Position numbers and translations under genes: made by a program. A DNA stretch of 64,000 nt, from contig JBAWWA010000002.1 of assembly GCA_037146995.1 (NCBI GenBank), forward strand, positions 1,955-65,954. Direction: 5' to 3'. Of this stretch, positions 60,694-64,000 are shown in pieces. The stretch is from a bacterium. Lineage in GTDB: Bacteria > Patescibacteriota > Patescibacteriia > Patescibacteriales > GWE2-39-37. Each line of letters opens with the position of its first letter. The stretch's first letter is position 1. The notes under the pieces are model-generated. The model did not search any database. It worked only from the letters and a program-made list of their open reading frames with translations, and was not told where the DNA came from.

Positions 60694-62289
60694 TTATTCG
60701 GTTAAATTTCTCAATTCCTCGGTATCCACTGAACCGTAAAAATACTTAATTCGTGAACCAAGAAGCGAAAGAATTAAAGCTGTTAAAGCGGTGACGGTAA
60801 AAACACCCATCTCAATTATTAACGGCAATGACTTGACTGTCACAAGCGTAAATATGGCGATACCATTTTCAACAACAAGCAGACCGATAATTTGAGAAAA
60901 AACATTTCTATGGACAATCATAGTGGCAAGACCCAAAACTAGCAGCCCAACTGAAGCAAACAATAAACTACTCCACTCAACCAAGGCAAAAATTGGCGTC
61001 TTTTGAACAATAAAAAATACAAAGACTAAAAGTAGCGCTGCCAAAAGATAGCTTGAAGCCGGTCTCAAGAAAGACTGTAAATTCGCCGTATGTCGCTGTT
61101 GTTTTTCCATTATCTTAATAACGTATGGCACTAACAGGACTTTTACGGCGATCGTTACAACAGCGAAAATCAATAAATGAGTCTGCTCTTCTGGGGCCAT
61201 TAAGGCAAGACTATAGGCAATGCCTGCAATCATTAATGATGAGGCTGCATAATATCTAAGTATTGATTTCAATCTTAACCGACCGAAGAGTAACACCACA
61301 AAGAAAACCGACATAGCAGCAAAGACAGTATAATATTTTATATCAGGTCCGGTAAGTTTGACATATACAGCCACCATCATGCCAAAAAAAGCCGTAAAAA
61401 AAGCCAAGGATAAATATTCAGGCATCCTATAAAACCTCATTTTAACTATGGTCATTTCTAACCAACCCAGCAAGACGGCAACCATAGAAACCTTAAGGAT
61501 TGCCAAAAGTATAGCCAAAATACCACCACCGACACTAAGACTAAAAATCGTTACAGGCGGAAAAACAAAATTCGCAATTAAAATTGAAAAGGCTGCTAAT
61601 TTTATTGCCGAAGCGTATTCTAGCAAGGCCAAATAGCGACCAGAATATTCAAGAATCATGGCCTCATGAACCATAGTTAACTCAAGATGCGTTGCCGGAT
61701 TATCAACAGGATAACGTGCATTTTCAGCCAGTGAGACCAAGACAAAGGCAATCATTAAAATTATCAAATGCGGGGCACTAAAAATTAAAGACTGCGCAAA
61801 CATACCATCAAGCTGAAAAGAGCCTGTCACAAAAGCTAAAGCACCAAATATCAAAATAACAGTTGGCTCAATCAACGAGGCCAGAGTCATTTCACGCGAT
61901 GAGCCCATGCCCCCAAAAGCGCTAGCGGAATCTAGACCGCCCAAAACCAAAAAGATCGAGCCAACAATCATAAAGGCTGCTACCACCAAAAAATCACTAG
62001 CGAAAGCCAAGGCACCACCACTAAAAACTAAGGGCAATATAAAAGCCAAGGCTATTGTCGAGGCTAGTACCACAAAAGGTACGGCCCTAAAAACCCAAGA
62101 AGTGGATTTTGAGATAACCATTTCTTTCTTGAGTAAAGTCAAGATCGTATAATAGGGCAAAAATGGCGAAGCTCCGCGTCTGCCCTGCAATCGAGCCTTG
62201 GTAAACCTAACCAGACCGACAGAAAATGGTGCTACCAACAATATGGTCAGGCCTTGCAATATTGTAGCTAAAATTTGAAATGAGTTCAT
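60694..62289 (-). CDS. fused HyfC(HycD/NuoH-like)-HyfE membrane subunit
   Basis: KARLQGRRG, ENARYPVDNPATHLELTMVHEAMILEYSG, then HyfE-like region with LLVVENGI. Confidence 0.88.
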   Translation of the reverse strand: MNSFQILATILQGLTILLVAPFSVGLVRFTKARLQGRRGASPFLPYYTILTLLKKEMVISKSTSWVFRAVPFVVLASTIALAFILPLVFSGGALAFASDFLVVAAFMIVGSIFLVLGGLDSASAFGGMGSSREMTLASLIEPTVILIFGALAFVTGSFQLDGMFAQSLIFSAPHLIILMIAFVLVSLAENARYPVDNPATHLELTMVHEAMILEYSGRYLALLEYASAIKLAAFSILIANFVFPPVTIFSLSVGGGILAILLAILKVSMVAVLLGWLEMTIVKMRFYRMPEYLSLAFFTAFFGMMVAVYVKLTGPDIKYYTVFAAMSVFFVVLLFGRLRLKSILRYYAASSLMIAGIAYSLALMAPEEQTHLLIFAVVTIAVKVLLVPYVIKIMEKQQRHTANLQSFLRPASSYLLAALLLVFVFFIVQKTPIFALVEWSSLLFASVGLLVLGLATMIVHRNVFSQIIGLLVVENGIAIFTLVTVKSLPLIIEMGVFTVTALTALILSLLGSRIKYFYGSVDTEELRNLTE

Positions 62290-63998
62290 AAAGCGATACT
62301 TAAAGCAACAATTAAGGTTGCCAATAACAAAAGTAAATAATACTGAATCCTGCCGCTTTGGATTAATTTAACTCTAAGCGATAAAAAATTCATAAATTTC
62401 TCAATGGGCAGATACACGCTACTCTTCCAGGCAGAACTAATTAAAAGCGAAAATGAATAATTACGAATCCAGGGATTAGTGACCACAACTGGCTCGCTAG
62501 TAATTAATTTGTTTCTGCCAATTAAATTGAGGAAAAAAAATCTGATCGGCGCCGAAAAAGCGGCTGCTGTATATTCCATAGTTGAATTTATCGGCTGTCC
62601 GCAATCCCAGGTATGATATGAACGCTCTTTTTTATTTAGCGCAAAGAAGTAATTCAAAAGATAGGCAAATAGTAAAAAACCTAAAACGACGGACAATAGT
62701 TGCATAGATGATATAGAGCCAATGGCATTTTCCGTAATCAATTCAGAACTATTTAATACATTGGAAATAATGCTAATAAAATAATTTGCAAAAATACCAA
62801 TACTTAAAACACCAAGTGCTAATCCGGCAATCGGCCAAACTAAAAGTCCATCACCTAACTCAGACTTTATTTCATGCTCACGATACCTTGGCAAGCCCAG
62901 CATAGAAATAGCAAAAATCTTGATCATCGCAAAAACAGCTAAACCCCCGATCAAACCGATTACTGATAAAATTAGAACCACAATTGGCAATAGCATGCCA
63001 CCGGCTTGAGACATTAAACTAATAGCCACATGAATCAAGCCCCATTCGCCATAAAAAGTACCGAACGGCGGAATTGGTAACGAACCCATAATAACCAGTA
63101 AAAAGAAAAAAGAAAATAAAGGTAAAGACTTCGCAAAGCCACCCATAAGCTCTAGACTGCGAGAATGGACACGACTAATGACTAAACCACTCGAAAGGAA
63201 TAGGGCCGTCTTAAAGAAGGCATGACTCAAACTATGAATGATAGCAAAAACAATCAAGGGAATAAAATATCTCATTAAATTTGAATGAGCATAGTTTGCT
63301 GTAATATAAATTGCCAAGCCAATAACAGAAAATATAATTCCCATATTTTCAATACTGCTATAGGCAAAAGCCTTTTTCATGTCAGTTTCAATTGCCGCAT
63401 AAAGTGCGCCGACAACACCGGACACAAGCCCAAGAATGATCACCAAGGTGCCAGCCCAGGTTGGCATGTAGGCAAAATTCAAGACCACCATCAAGAAACC
63501 ATAAATCGCCACTTTTAACATCAAGCCAGACATAAGAGCGGAAATATTGCTTGGAGCCTGTGGATGTGCTTCTGGCAACCAAACATGGAGTGGAACAAGT
63601 CCAGCCTTTGAACCAAATCCAAATAAAAACAAACAAAAGGCAGCAGTAGCCAAAGTTGGCGTCAACTGCTGTGTCACTTCTTGAATCATTGATAAATCAA
63701 AAAACAAGGAGCCATTTCCCAATATTAAAAAACCACCTAATATCGCCGAAGCTCCGAGGTGGGTCATAATGAAATACAAGAATGCTGCGTTGAAAGACTC
63801 TTTAGTCTTGTCTGACAATACCAAAAAGAAAGAACTTAGAGACATTACCTCCCAAAAAAACAAGAAAGTAAATGAGTTGTTGGCAAGCAATACTGCCTGC
63901 ATACCAAAAACAAACAATCCCATTAAAAATTGGGTTGTGTATTTGTTATAAGTTTTTTGATACAGATCAAGATATCTAACACTATAAACGCCAACCAA
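62286..63998 (-). CDS. antiporter-like membrane subunit (HyfB/NuoL-like), 5' truncated by window edge
   Basis: FWEVMSLSS, KAGLVPLHVWLPEAH, AYSSIENMG, TWDCG. Confidence 0.92.
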   Translation of the reverse strand: MVGVYSVRYLDLYQKTYNKYTTQFLMGLFVFGMQAVLLANNSFTFLFFWEVMSLSSFFLVLSDKTKESFNAAFLYFIMTHLGASAILGGFLILGNGSLFFDLSMIQEVTQQLTPTLATAAFCLFLFGFGSKAGLVPLHVWLPEAHPQAPSNISALMSGLMLKVAIYGFLMVVLNFAYMPTWAGTLVIILGLVSGVVGALYAAIETDMKKAFAYSSIENMGIIFSVIGLAIYITANYAHSNLMRYFIPLIVFAIIHSLSHAFFKTALFLSSGLVISRVHSRSLELMGGFAKSLPLFSFFFLLVIMGSLPIPPFGTFYGEWGLIHVAISLMSQAGGMLLPIVVLILSVIGLIGGLAVFAMIKIFAISMLGLPRYREHEIKSELGDGLLVWPIAGLALGVLSIGIFANYFISIISNVLNSSELITENAIGSISSMQLLSVVLGFLLFAYLLNYFFALNKKERSYHTWDCGQPINSTMEYTAAAFSAPIRFFFLNLIGRNKLITSEPVVVTNPWIRNYSFSLLISSAWKSSVYLPIEKFMNFLSLRVKLIQSGRIQYYLLLLLATLIVALSIAL

Positions 63999-64000
63999 AG

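Overview
A 64 kb, AT-rich, gene-dense bacterial chromosome segment. Gene content and style suggest Patescibacteria (CPR), probably Parcubacteria; this is inferred from the type IV pilus genes, membrane-anchored Clp ATPase, baseplate-J-like protein and the largely Shine-Dalgarno-free core genes. Housekeeping genes include gatA/C/B, ligA, radA, dnaB, ybaB-recR, rplU, secE-nusG-rplK-rplA, miaA/miaB/thrS, dnaE, parAB, groES/EL with a perfect CIRCE, and three tRNAs (Ser-GGA, Lys-UUU, Leu-CAA). No CRISPR array, rRNA, transposase or integrase was seen. The most notable features are: (1) a compact Thr T-box riboswitch with an apparently miniaturised Stem I ahead of rdgB-like/thrS; (2) a conserved ~50 nt structured element with a duplicated tRNA 3' end after two different tRNAs; (3) an Ehr (hydrogenase-4-like, no Ni-binding cysteines) membrane complex with a HyfC-HyfE fusion, next to a Cam-type gamma carbonic anhydrase; (4) a PilB-like pseudo-ATPase with a receiver protein in a pilus and pilin-glycosylation locus; (5) a self-contained thymidylate operon with tandem kinases, a Tmk-dUTPase fusion and a two-domain ThyX; (6) a Zn-finger, membrane-anchored Clp ATPase with a degenerate first ring. 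All calls come from reading motifs by eye; no database searches were run.
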